DNA from: Octopus bimaculoides | Lineage: Eukaryota | Assembly: GCF_001194135.2 (NCBI RefSeq) | Contig: NC_068994.1 | Coordinates: forward strand, 13,945,719-13,979,901 | Direction of reading: 5' to 3' | Length of the DNA stretch: 34,183 bases | Shown: positions 23,204-33,097 of the stretch, piece after piece | How positions within the stretch are numbered: position 1 is the stretch's first letter | Layout of the letters: every line of letters starts with the position of its first letter | Made by a program: the position numbers and the translations under genes | The notes under the pieces: generated by a model | What the model was told of the DNA's origin: nothing | Seen by the model: only the letters and a program-made list of their open reading frames with translations | Database searches by the model: none

Positions 23204-23540
23204 TGTTGGCACTCCGTCGCTTACAACATCGAGGATTCCAGTTGATCCGATCAACGGAACAAGCCTGCTCGTGAAATTAACGTGCAAGTGGCTGAGCACT
23301 CCACAGACACGTGTACCCTTAACGTAGTTCTCGGGGATATTCAGCATGACACAGAGTGACAAGGCTGGCCCCTTTGAATTACAGGCACAACAGAAACAGG
23401 AAGTAAGAGTGAGAGAAAGTTGTGGTGAAAGAGTACAGCAGGTTTCGCCACCATCCCCTGCCGGAGCCTCGTGGAGCTTTAGGTGCTTTCGCTCAATAAA
23501 CACTCACAACGCTCGGTCTGGGAATCGAAACCGCGATCCT
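23204..23540 (-). mobile_element. SINE family 3 (tRNA-like head), 5'-truncated long copy
   Basis: TTGGCACTCCGTCGCTTAC...GTGGCTGAGCACTCCACAG...GGGAATCGAAACCGCG. Near-identical to the copies at 31776 and 32314. Confidence 0.85.
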
Positions 23541-23843
23541 TGTCAGGCATAGTGTATCAAGAATTAAATGATCCAATATCCTCATCTTTTTTTTTTAAGA
23601 CAATAAGTTCTATGATTTACAAGAGATAGGTTTACCAGGTTAAACGACTGCCCAGAGGCTGCCTGATTGTTCCGAGTTAATATTGTTGTGTATACAGCCC
23701 CTTGTCAGCAATGACTAGACCAGGCTACAGTATATATTTACAAACAAATGGTCTTCATAATTAGACCTTCATCACTACTACCACCACCACCACCACCACA
23801 CAAAAAATGATATACAATTTTGAAACAGTCACACATTTGAACT

Positions 23844-24231
23844 TGTAGGGAAGTGGTCATACATCATTAGGTGTACTCGCTTCCGTACATTAAACTTCTT
23901 GAAGAAGACAACGGAACGCAGATTCTGAACAACACAACAATATTTATTTACAGGGGAATTCGGTAGCTCGTCGCCTTCGGTTACTGAGACGCCGTCAATG
24001 AAGTTCGTGGTTATTTGTGTAGCTCTGGTGCTGGGTTGTGAGAGAGCCCTGTTAGACGTCTAGGCTCTAGGGAGATCAGCGAACAAAGAGAGTGAAAAGA
24101 AGCGCGAAAGCTTGGATGTCGATGACCACGCATGCGCATGAGACTCTTCCTGTATTCCTTCCGGAACGAGTCCCTGTGCATGCGTGGATAAACTCTCCGG
24201 AAATGTCGTCTGCTATAAAGGCGTCTCTACA
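23844..24231 (-). mobile_element. Solo LTR (388 bp, probably Gypsy-type)
   Basis: Begins TGTAGGGA and ends TCTCTACA (7/8 inverted match, TG...CA). A 4-bp TSD AACT lies at 23840-23843 and 24232-24235. AATAAA followed by a GT-rich tract on the - strand (23943-23948) suggests orientation. Confidence 0.8.
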
Positions 24232-24312
24232 AACTCATCTTTCATTTTTGCTTGACATTAAGTTCTCATAAGTTCAATCTTCAACTATTTTCTGCTATCT
24301 TATTCTCATATA

Positions 24313-24558
24313 GTGGAGGCATGTGGCTTAGTGGTCAGAGTGTTGGACTCATGATCATAAGATTGTGATTTCGATTCCTGGACCGGGCGATGCGTTGTGT
24401 TCTTGATCAAAACACTTCATTTCATGTTGCTCCAGCCCACTCAGCTGGCAAAAATGAGTAATCTTGTGACGGACCAGCATCCCGTCCAGGTGGGGAATAT
24501 ATATACGGTCCTCAGGATCCTGGCATGGCTTGAGAAGGAAACATTTATTTTATTTTTA
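24313..24558 (+). mobile_element. tRNA-derived SINE with 12-bp TSD
   Basis: Head GGAGGCATGTGGCTTAGTGG...TTTCGATTCC (A/B-box-like). TATTCTCATATA is repeated at 24301-24312 and 24559-24570. Confidence 0.8.
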
Positions 24559-24584
24559 TATTCTCATATATATGCATATATATA

Positions 24585-25310
24585 CTAGATGTATCCATAA
24601 CCCGTTGGGTCATAACTACTCCGAGTTGAAAATGTCGATACATGGCGGCAAATGAAAAATTACTATTTTGAACTTAATGCAATAAAATTCTTAAATGATA
24701 CAGCTCTCCTGCCTTTGGTGTGACAACATAAACATGACCAAGTGTTTCTTCTTTGAAAATGGTCAAATGGCCTTTAACATTTTTCTTTACTTTCTTTTTT
24801 GCAATTGTTTGTTACTACTGTTCCATGTGAATTACATGGGTACTTCAGCATAAAATAATGTTTTTGCAAAGTCATCATTGATGCACAATGAAAAGAATTC
24901 TGTCAATGTTGTTCTCATATGTCATTCATTGACAACCATATATATCCTCATTATTTCTGACCAATATTCTTTGTTCATCTGGTAGATGAATTTGCAGTCT
25001 CACTATTGCAGGGACTCTTTCATGCATTCAGAATCCTAAAATGGATGCAACTGCTTCAGATGGTCCAATATACCTATATCGACTAATTTCATAATCATTC
25101 TTTATTGGATCAACAGTTTGGTCATTTCCTTTCAGCATGTACTTGATGACGTACTTAGTTTACCTCACCGAAGCAACGATTTCAACGTTGCAGTGGCATT
25201 TGAATGCTCTTAAAAGAGTCTTATTATAAGGTACAATTCATTTGTTGCTGTTTGTTTTTCCATTCTTATGAGATTCAACTCCTCCCACTGCAACTGGTCT
25301 TTATCTAGTC
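24585..25310 (-). mobile_element. Helitron deletion derivative with RepHel remnant and intact 3' terminus
   Basis: Decayed translation IVPYNKTLLRAFKCHCNVE...KYVIKYMLKG...RYIGPSEA...ERVPAIVRLQIHLP...TTLTEFF...FAKTLFYAEVP...FTWN...GELYHLRILL matches Helitron RepHel. The 3' end has the hairpin TGACCC-AAC-GGGTTA followed by CTAG|T. Confidence 0.85.
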
Positions 25311-26950
25311 CAGTAGTTCCCAAACCGTAAATTGGTGTGCCTTGGAAAAGTAAGATTATATTTCAAAATATGAAAAATTCACTAGAAAGTTCATATATAA
25401 ATGTTGAAGTGGTAAAAAACTAAATACTAAGTTCTAAACTAAGAATTGAAGGTGGTTGTGTCATTCAATTCATTTAGGCTAATTATGGTATGACAGTGTT
25501 ATTCAATTTTGAATCTGAAATTTCATAAGGATAAGAACTACATTAGCATCAGTCTATCCTCGAAATTGATGTCTTATGGACATATTCAGTGCATGACTAT
25601 GTTTCAGTTTATTTCAGTCGTAGCCTCAGCAGTTTTCATTTCAATAATAAGTGTGAAAAATAAACTATTGAACTAAAACATACAATGTTGAGCTAAATCT
25701 TTAAATACGTCCTTCACGTACTGAGGCTGTATTTCAATTTTTTTTCATTCATATAGTGGCGAGAATTTTCATCTGTTCAATTAATTTTGAAAGACTTCTC
25801 AAGAGTCCGATAATATGTGACACGCTGCCACTATTCACAGCTCACTGGTCTCAGTCTCGGTTTGACTGTTAGTAATCTGTGCGTTTGTGTGAGACAATTC
25901 ATATTAACAGACTGAATTACCCATAAAATGGAAAAGTTTATTAATGGGAAAACGTAACCATGACGATTATGAATCTGAAAGTGAACATTCGTCAAAAGCA
26001 ACTAAGCATATTGATAATAATGCAAAAGCTCGGTCCACTCGTAAATATTGCAATAGTTATTTGAAGTTTGGGTTTCATTGGACTAGCAACAAAGATCAAC
26101 CTTTCCCGCTGTGTGTAGTTTGTGTTGGAAGGTTATTTTACAATGCTCACATCTTCGATGTAAAGATCTGGATTATTTCCAAAGACTGCTAGAACAGCAA
26201 TCTAAACAAAGAAACTATTTTGAGAAAAGGATGAATGCTTTTGAAAAGGCTCAAGTCGCATCTATTGAGACAGACTACAAACAAAATCACATAATTAGCC
26301 GAGTCAATTATCTTACCCGCTTGTAGAAAGATTACTAACAGAGACAAACTGAGACAAGTGACCAGTGAGCTGTGAATAGTAGCAGCATGTCACATATTAT
26401 CGGACTCTTGAGAAGTCTTTCCATGTTAGGTGATGAAGCCGAGCAAGAAATAAGTAAGATTCTGCTCTCAAATAATACAATCCATAGAAGAATTATGGAT
26501 TTATCTGCTGATATAGAGGAAAATGTACAGAACAAATTTCAGAACTCAGAATTTGCTCTACAGGTTGACAAATCAACTGACATTAGCAACAAAGCACAAT
26601 TACTTACAATTATTCGCTTTATTGATGGTAACCAAATCATAAATTAGTTCCTTTGCTGTGAAGAAATGCCACTCACTACAAGAGGTCAAGATATTTTTGA
26701 CATTTTATCTGCCTATCTCAAAAAATGGATTTTATCCTGGAATTCTTGTGTTGGAATATGTACTGATGGGGCACCATCTATGATAGGCTCCATTAAAGGT
26801 TTGTATCACTCGTACATCAGCAAAATCCTAATGTTATACGTTACTCATTGCTTCCTACATAGGGAGGTACTAGTTTCAAAAACAATACCAGTTGAATTAA
26901 AACAAGTATTAAACCAAGTTGTTGAGATGGTTAATGATATTTGTTCTCCT
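25311..26950 (+). mobile_element. Buster/Charlie-type hAT transposon, 3'-truncated, with a pseudogenised transposase (approx. 25929-26945)
   Basis: Left TIR CAGTAGTTCCCAAAC is preceded by ATCTAGTC (NNNTANNN, the Buster TSD pattern). Frame-broken motifs include RKYCNSYLKFGF...PLCVVC (BED finger), SNNTIHRRI, FALQVDKSTD, CTDGAPSM and HCFLHRE. Confidence 0.88.
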
Positions 26951-26999
26951 AAACACACAAAGATGTGTGTTAAGAACACCCAATATTAATTCAGCAACT

Positions 27000-27214
27000 A
27001 AGCTGCCAAGCTGGTGGAATTGTTAACACAATGAGCAAAATGCTTAGAGGCATTTCACCTGTCTTTATATCCTGGGTTCAAATTCAACCAGGCTCAACAT
27101 TGACTTTCATCCATTCAGGGTCAATAAAATAAGTACCAGTTGAGCATTAGGTTGATGTAATTGTCTCGGCCACTCTCCCAAAATTGCTGGCCTTGTGCCA
27201 AAATTTGAAACCGG
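27000..27214 (+). mobile_element. SINE family 2, full-length with 16-bp TSD
   Basis: TATTAATTCAGCAACT occurs at 26984-26999 and 27215-27230. Body GGGTTCAAATTC...GGGTCAATAAAATAAGTACCAGT...GGCCTTGTGCC is homologous to 33581-33772. Confidence 0.85.
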
Positions 27215-27377
27215 TATTAATTCAGCAACTGTGGTCTTTTAAGTGTCAGTGATCAAATTTGATCAACCAAGACTTAGAAAGTTAAGAGAATGATACAGCA
27301 TAGTTGACTGCGACTGTATCCTTCCCCCTTAAGATCTGGTTGCAATTAATGAAATCGTGGAGGCTAGACAGACTTAC

Positions 27378-27539
27378 CTGAGAGGCAGATATCTTGTGCG
27401 ATGAATGAGGGCTCCCAGTGTCCATTGGACATCTTTACCATCAATCTTCTGTGTGGAGTAGAAATGGCGGTAAGTCCTTGGAAACTTCAAGCCATCGTGA
27501 AGAACCAGAGACATCCATGCTGCTTTGAAACACTGCAAC
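27378..27539 (-). CDS. ENTPD4/7: ENTPD4/7-like NTPDase, internal exon containing apyrase conserved region 5 (not visible in the ORF track)
   Basis: Manual translation LQCFKAAWMSLVLHDGLKFPRTYRHFYSTQKIDGKDVQWTLGALIHRTRYLPL(R), with the CFKxAW and QWTLGA motifs. Acceptor ttgtcttgtAG (phase 2), donor AG|GTAAGT (phase 2), 162 nt. Confidence 0.95.
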
Positions 27540-28586
27540 CTACAAGACAAAGTTAATACTATGAAACAACTTCCATAGATTATAATGAATCATAAAACTG
27601 ATCCATATAACATATTTTTTTCCTTAATTTTTAAGCAGAGATAAGAGATTAAGGACCTTTCGGGACAAGACAGAAGTCTGTTATTGATAGGACTTTTAGA
27701 GACCTTTTGGTCGCTGTCACAGGTTTCAAATTTTTTCAATTTTGTTCCAGTTGTTTTCAAATTTGGTTCACTGATTTAGTTTTGAATGCTAATTACAAAA
27801 ATGAAATTCATTTTTGGCATAAATTAACAAATAAAAAGTTAATGACATTTAAAGTTTCCAAATTTTGTGGAATTTTAACTAATTAAAAACCAGCATTTAT
27901 ACACATGACCATAAATCTCACATTGGTGTCTGTTTTCATAGTAATAAGAAAAGCTGTAGTCTGCCCTGTTTTCATTGTAACCAGGTTGTTGTACTTGGTG
28001 TAGCTGTGATACTATCACCACCTCAAGTTTTGACAAGCGATATCATTTTGTGCCTGTTGTTATTTCTGTCTGTCGTTTTGTGAACAGGCAGCCATCACAC
28101 AGAACGTGTACAACTTTTGATTCCTGTTTTCTGATTGGATTAAAAAACTATGAAACTTTGAACCTCTGGAAGATTTTCCTAAATTTTTCTGGGAATAAAT
28201 GAATACCAAATTCAAATTCAGCAAGAAGAATTACATGTTTTGCAAACAACTTGCACACACAAGTGCTACAAGTCAAGAGCTCTGCATACTGGAAGCCAGC
28301 AAGTGTATGGGATCATCAGGAGAGAATGCGCGCCATTTTGGGGGCCTACCTCTCGATGGCATCAATGTACCAAATTTTAAAATGTTCACTTAATTTTAAA
28401 ATTTCTAGATGGATAACAGCAATAAAAAAAAAACACAATTTTTATAGATGACAGAAATGCATGAGCTTAAATTTCACTTTTTATTCTACACTGCACCACA
28501 GCTGGCAGTGGTAACAGTTATGCAAAATACAACAGATATGGGCATTCAGAGCATGCACAAAACAATCAGAGATGAAATATACATTA

Positions 28587-28785
28587 TTCATCATCATCAT
28601 CATCATCATTTAACGTCCGCTTTCCATGCTAGCATGGGTTGGACAATTTGACTGAGGACTGGTGAAACCAGATGGCTACACCAGGCTCCAATCTGATTTG
28701 GCAGAGTTTCTACAGCTGGATGCCCTTCCTAACGCCAGCCACTCCAAGAGTGTAGTAGGTGCTTTTACGTGCCACCAGCACGAAG
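28587..28785 (-). mobile_element. SINE/LINE-tail family 4 copy
   Basis: (CAT)n TTTAACGTCCGCTTTCCATGCTAGCATGGGTTGGAC...GGATGCCCTTCCTAACGCC. Very similar to 33163-33262 in the opposite orientation. Confidence 0.85.
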
Positions 28786-28822
<37 letters not shown>

Positions 28823-29089
28823 CATTATGGCTGGATTCCAACCTATTCCACAGCAACAAGTCCATCCATCAAACTTTTCAGTGCAACATTACTACCTTGA
28901 GGTTCTGGATACATCCTAGGCCAGTGTCTGCAATCAAATTGTTGATGTAAGTGCAACAACATTTTCCTCTTCTTACATCACCATGAAGTGGATTCCACAA
29001 GACTAATTTGGATACTTCTAGTTCAGGGTGGCACATGCACTGCCTTTGCCTGATCTTGCTAACTTTTGGCAGGTTTCCATAAAGAAAAA

Positions 29090-29215
29090 TCAAAACCGAA
29101 CTTCATTGCAACTGTCAAATCACTGCTATTATATGGCAGTGAAACATGGACACTGACAAAGAAGTTATCAAATGGGTTAGATGGATGCCACACAAGGCTG
29201 CTACAAGTATACATA
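29090..29215 (+). mobile_element. RTE/RTE-X LINE fragment
   Basis: FIATVKSLLLYGSETWTLTKKLSNGLDGCHTRLL. Confidence 0.7.
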
Positions 29216-29419
29216 TGGCAACGATAAGTTCCAGAAAATGGTGTCTCGAGGCAACACTAAGCAGGCTTTATATTACTTAAGCCTTATGATCTGACAAGAG
29301 ATCTTCACTATCTCTGATTTTTATCAAAGTTATTGAGCTGTTGTCATTGTCATGCAGCTGTTGTCCCTGCCAGTATGGTAGGAATGTTTGCAGTGTGGTT
29401 CTGTTAAAAAAAAGAAATT

Positions 29420-29693
29420 ATGGTTATGTGGTAAAGAAGCTCACTTTACCAACTACATGGTTTTGGGGGTTCTATTCCACTGCACACCACCTTGGGTAAG
29501 TGTCTTCTACTATACCCCTGGATTGACCAATGCCCAGTGAATGAATTTGGCAGTCAGAAACTGTGTATAAATTTGTGTGTGTGTGTGTATGACTTTGTAT
29601 CCAGCCACACCATTTGACAACCAATGTTGGTTTGTTTACGTCTCCACAACATAGCTCTTCAGCAAAGGGGACTGACAGAATAAGTACTAGACT
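29420..29693 (+). mobile_element. SINE family 1, diverged near full-length copy
   Basis: Head GTGGTAAAGAAGC, CCTTGGGTAAGTGTCTTCTACTATA, a (TG)n middle, and TTGACAACCAATGTTGG...AGAATAAGTACTAG. Confidence 0.7.
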
Positions 29694-29825
29694 TTAACTC
29701 TTTAGCCTTTAAACTGTCCATATCCGACCCAAATATTCTTCCTGTTTTATGTTCAAATCAACCACATCTGGCCTCTCACACCCATTGTACAAGGTCATAA
29801 ACAATCACATCATTGAAATTTCAAA
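29694..29825 (+). mobile_element. TTAA-flanked MITE fragment (piggyBac-like end)
   Basis: Starts TTAACTCTTTAGC...ATATCCGACCCAAATATTCT, recalled as an abundant octopus MITE. A related TTAATCCTTTT-type end occurs near 10810. Confidence 0.45.
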
Positions 29826-29922
29826 GAAGAAGTGGAAAAAGAAGAAGTGGAAAAAGAAAAAGTGGAAGAAAAAGAATTAAATGACCAAAACTTAAAAAAA
29901 GTGGAGAAAATGAGATACATAC

Positions 29923-30005
29923 TTGAGACGCAAAATATCAGATTTTGGATAAAGTTTCTTGAGGAACCATTCTTCCAATTTGGCCCATCTTGTAGCACAG
30001 TGTTT
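29923..30005 (-). CDS. ENTPD4/7: ENTPD4/7-like NTPDase, internal exon (not visible in the ORF track)
   Basis: Manual translation KHCATRWAKLEEWFLKKLYPKSDILRL(K), aligning with ENTPD4 xYCATKW...LY...D..RLK. Acceptor atttcAG (phase 0), donor AA|GTATGT (phase 2), 83 nt. Confidence 0.92.
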
Positions 30006-30074
30006 CTGAAATATATATTTAACAGAAATATTCTGTAGAAATTGTTAATGGAGAGAAAGAATGTGAAAAATATT

Positions 30075-30552
30075 TTCAGGTATTAAAACTGTCAACTACT
30101 TCTAGTTTTTCCTCTTGGTATGTGATGGAATCTGTTTTCTGTACATCGCCGATGTTTATTGCCCCCAGTGCACCTGCCACACACAAAAACTATCTTCCCA
30201 GTTAACCTTCCTTTGATATTACTGCACCTCTTAAGTGTCCATAGCTTACACCAAGTATATCTTACGGAGTTTCTACCTATGCCTTTTCTACAGATCGAGC
30301 AGGGCCATCTCCCTGAAGGGATTTGTCATTTGTCTGCCTTCCTACTTACTAAAACTTTGGTTTTTGCTAGATTGACTCTAAGGCCCTTTGATTCTAGACC
30401 TTACTTTCACACCTGAAACTTCTCTAGTTCTGGTAGTGACTCAGCTATTAGAGCAAGGTCATCAGCATAGAGGAGCTCCCTGTTATTGCATGGAGGATTA
30501 TGCTGAATAAGAGGGGGCTGAGGACTGATACTTGGTGAACCCTACTTCTACC
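30075..30552 (-). mobile_element. RTE LINE reverse-transcriptase fragment
   Basis: VGVHQVSVLSPLLF...ELLYADDLALIAES...GLRVNLAKTKV...WPCSICRKG...CGRC...KLEVVDSF. Contains the YADD motif. Confidence 0.9.
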
Positions 30553-30553
30553 A

Positions 30554-30587
<34 letters not shown>

Positions 30588-30917
30588 CTCTTACATTTAT
30601 AAAATAATGGTGCCTTATATCATAATAATAATTTCTTATATAGGCACAAGGCCTCCTATTTGGGTGAATGGTACAGTTGATTAAATTGATCCGAGAATAT
30701 AACTGGTTTTCACTTTTATGAGCCTTGAAGGATGAATAATAATGTCAACCCCTAATGAGCTCCAAACTCAGGATGCACAGCTAACACAAATGCTGCATGT
30801 CATTTTCTCCAACACTCTACCAGTACTACCTCTCCTACTTCACCACTTGTTACATAAAATGAAAGAAGAAAAAAACAGAAGACAGAAAATAAAGAAGAAA
30901 GAAATTGTCCTACATAC

Positions 30918-31242
30918 AACTGAGATCTTGTCAAATATGTCTGCATTATAGTGCCCTCCAATGCGGTAGACATCTTCCATGGAATACCAGAACTCTGAGA
31001 AGCCATAAAATTCACTGTTGTGGAAGTTTATGTCTGACTGGTAAATACCGTTCATAGAGCAGGGTTTCTTCTGGCAGGGGACAGTGACATTGAGCAGGGG
31101 AAAGATGTTCCTACGGCACAGTGCATAGTCACCGAGCCCAATGAAAAAGGTCTTTTGTTGAGTGTTGGTCGCAGAAGTATAGAGTAGTCCCAATGGAAGG
31201 CAAGGGTCAGGAACGGGGCTTAGTTTGTCAAAGCCTTGAGAG
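30918..31242 (-). CDS. ENTPD4/7: ENTPD4/7-like NTPDase, internal exon
   Basis: Encodes SQGFDKLSPVPDPCLPLG...GDYALCRRNIFPLLNVTVPCQKKPCSMNGIYQSDINFHNSEFYGFSEFWYSMEDVYRIGGHYNADIFDKISV. Acceptor ccttttAG (phase 2), donor GTT|GTATGT (phase 0), 325 nt. Confidence 0.95.
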
Positions 31243-31349
31243 CTAAAAGGAAGAAAAAAATAAATAAATGAAGAAACAAAGCTTAAATAAATACTGCTTT
31301 TACTGGCCAAGTTTCTATTTTTTTTTGGGGGGGGGGGTTAATAGGCATA

Positions 31350-31459
31350 GGTGTGGTTAAGAAGTTTGCAGGGCACCTTGGGCAAGTGTCTTCTACTATA
31401 GCCCTGAGCTGATCAATCCTTTGCGGGTGGATTTGATAGATGAAACAGAAAGAAGCTTG

Positions 31460-31462
<3 letters not shown>
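31350..31462 (+). mobile_element. SINE family 1 copy (internally deleted head)
   Basis: GTGGTTAAGAAGTTTGC joined to GGCACCTTGGGCAAGTGTCTTCTACTATAGCC, followed by (GT)n. Confidence 0.75.
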
Positions 31463-31500
<38 letters not shown>

Positions 31501-31564
31501 TATGCTTGTGTGTGTCAAACCGTCCAACCCATGCCTGCATGGAAGGTGGATGTTAAATGATGAA

Positions 31565-31673
31565 AGATTTAGTCAAACTGAGGCTATTGCAGATGACATT
31601 TGCCCAAGTTGTTGCATGTTGGGACTGGACCCAAAACCATGTAGTTGGAAAGCAAATTTCTTAACTATTACAC
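31565..31673 (-). mobile_element. SINE family 1 copy, inverted relative to 31350-31462
   Basis: The reverse complement reads GTTAAGAAATTTGCTTTCCAACTACATGGTTTTGGGTCCAGTCCC...TTGGGCAAATGTC. Confidence 0.7.
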
Positions 31674-31775
31674 AGGGTATCAGACTAACATAGAAAAGAT
31701 CAAGCATTCAGTTTTGTCCCTGGTGCAATATTCTGTCTGTCCTCAGTTTTTTTTTTATTTTTAAGTAGTAGGAGT

Positions 31776-32007
31776 GTGTGTTGGCACTCCGTCGCTTACA
31801 ACGTCAAGGGTTCCAGTTGATCCGATCAACGGAACAGCCTGCTCGTGAAATTAATGTGCAAGTGGCTGAGCACTCCACAGACACGTGTACCCTTAACGTA
31901 GTTCTCGGGGGATATTCAGCGTGACACAGTGTGACAAGGCTGGGAATCGAAACCGCAATTCTATGACCACGAGTCCGCTGCCCTAACCACTGAGCCATTG
32001 CGTCTCC
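31776..32007 (-). mobile_element. SINE family 3, internally deleted, with intact Pol III boxes and 12-bp TSD
   Basis: The - strand head has TGGCTCAGTGG (A box) and GTTTCGATTCC (B box). AGTAGTAGGAGT occurs at 31764-31775 and 32008-32019. Confidence 0.88.
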
Positions 32008-32313
32008 AGTAGTAGGAGTATTGTGTAATTAACATGTGTTTTATAAAACTGCAGTGCTGAATAATACAAGTCCAGTTTGGGTTTGATTGCATCAGTGGAA
32101 AGCTACTTCAGTAGACAACCTCTCAGATCAGGATCTCAAAATACTTCAATCAACCATAGCATTTAATCTGGGCCCTTGACTCTGACCGAGATGTGTATGA
32201 TGGCTGGTGTACAATAGATCATTCAAAAGTCATTCACCATGCTCAGGCATCAGTCATCAGGTGAATGGATAGGAAATCTTACTTATGGAGAGTTTTAAGA
32301 TGATAGAAGTTGC

Positions 32314-32415
32314 TGTTGGCACTCCGTCGCTTACGACGTCGAGGGTTCCAGTTGATCCGATCAACGGAACAGCCTGCTCGTGAAATTAATGTGCAAGTGG
32401 CTGAGCACTCCACAG
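32314..32415 (-). mobile_element. SINE family 3, 3' fragment
   Basis: Near-identical to 31779-31880 and 23204-23305. Confidence 0.85.
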
Positions 32416-32936
32416 CCAAATGTCCCTGAAATAATACCCTACCATTTAAAAAAAAAGTGGGGACATGAAAGATAACGGAAGTCCAAGACATCTCTAAAAA
32501 GAGAGTATGGTCATGATTTGAATGTTTGATAATTTGCCTGATCAATATTCAATCAGGCTTTACCTGAAATTACTAACAGCATTAGGAAAAATTTTTTAAT
32601 TTTCCAACAAGACTCCCAGAAATTTGTGCCAAAAAAGACTGAGGTCAAGGAAACTGGTTTTGGTCTGCTTTGGCAAAAATTAAACGTTTAGATAAGTACA
32701 TACATGTTAGGGGAGGAAAAAATAGGGAAGAGTATTTCAGGGTTGACTGAAATAAAAAAAACAATTTCTTTTTCTGGAAAGAATTATTTTGTTTCAAATG
32801 AAAGATCAATATCCTCTTTTCCCCACAGCATACTAACTTATCAAAACTCACAAACTTCACTGAACAAGGAATCAGGCTAATTGGTGTGTTGCACAATAGT
32901 GGAAATGCAGATTGATAGAGATAAATATTTACACAC

Positions 32937-33097
32937 CTGTTAGTCCCATCGTTTAGCAACATTTCTTCATAACGCCGCCGAGCAGAGTTGGCCCCAAAAC
33001 CCAGAAAAGTAGACACATAAAGTTGGTAGTTGTGGTCAAGATCAAAACTTCTACAGCCAAGATTAAATTCTGCCATTAAGTCTTTTGCCAAATCCTC
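32937..33097 (-). CDS. ENTPD4/7: ENTPD4/7-like NTPDase, internal exon
   Basis: Encodes EDLAKDLMAEFNLGCRSFDLDHNYQLYVSTFLGFGANSARRRYEEMLLNDGTN, matching the ENTPD4/7 AEFNLGC...YVxTFLGFGxNxAR signature. Acceptor ttatAG (phase 0), donor AG|GTGTGT (phase 2), 161 nt. Confidence 0.95.

Noticed and set aside
24315-24385. tRNA-like sequence with A/B boxes (also 31945-32007, 33690-33772)
   Set aside because: These are SINE heads: they continue into repeat bodies, have TSDs, and lack a proper cloverleaf.
25311-26950. Domesticated transposase gene (ZBED5/SCAND3/Buster-like)
   Set aside because: Multiple stops and frameshifts, a retained TIR and 3' truncation indicate a dead transposon, not a host gene.
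27648-28470. Possible TTAA-flanked DNA transposon remnant in the NTPDase intron
   Set aside because: Repeat-like composition, but no matching TIR pair or second TSD could be identified by eye.
29823-29867. 15-bp tandem repeat (AAAGAAGAAGTGGAA x3) giving an acidic ORF MEKEEVEKEKVEE
   Set aside because: A short intronic minisatellite antisense to the NTPDase; the ORF overlaps a real - strand exon and has no support of its own.
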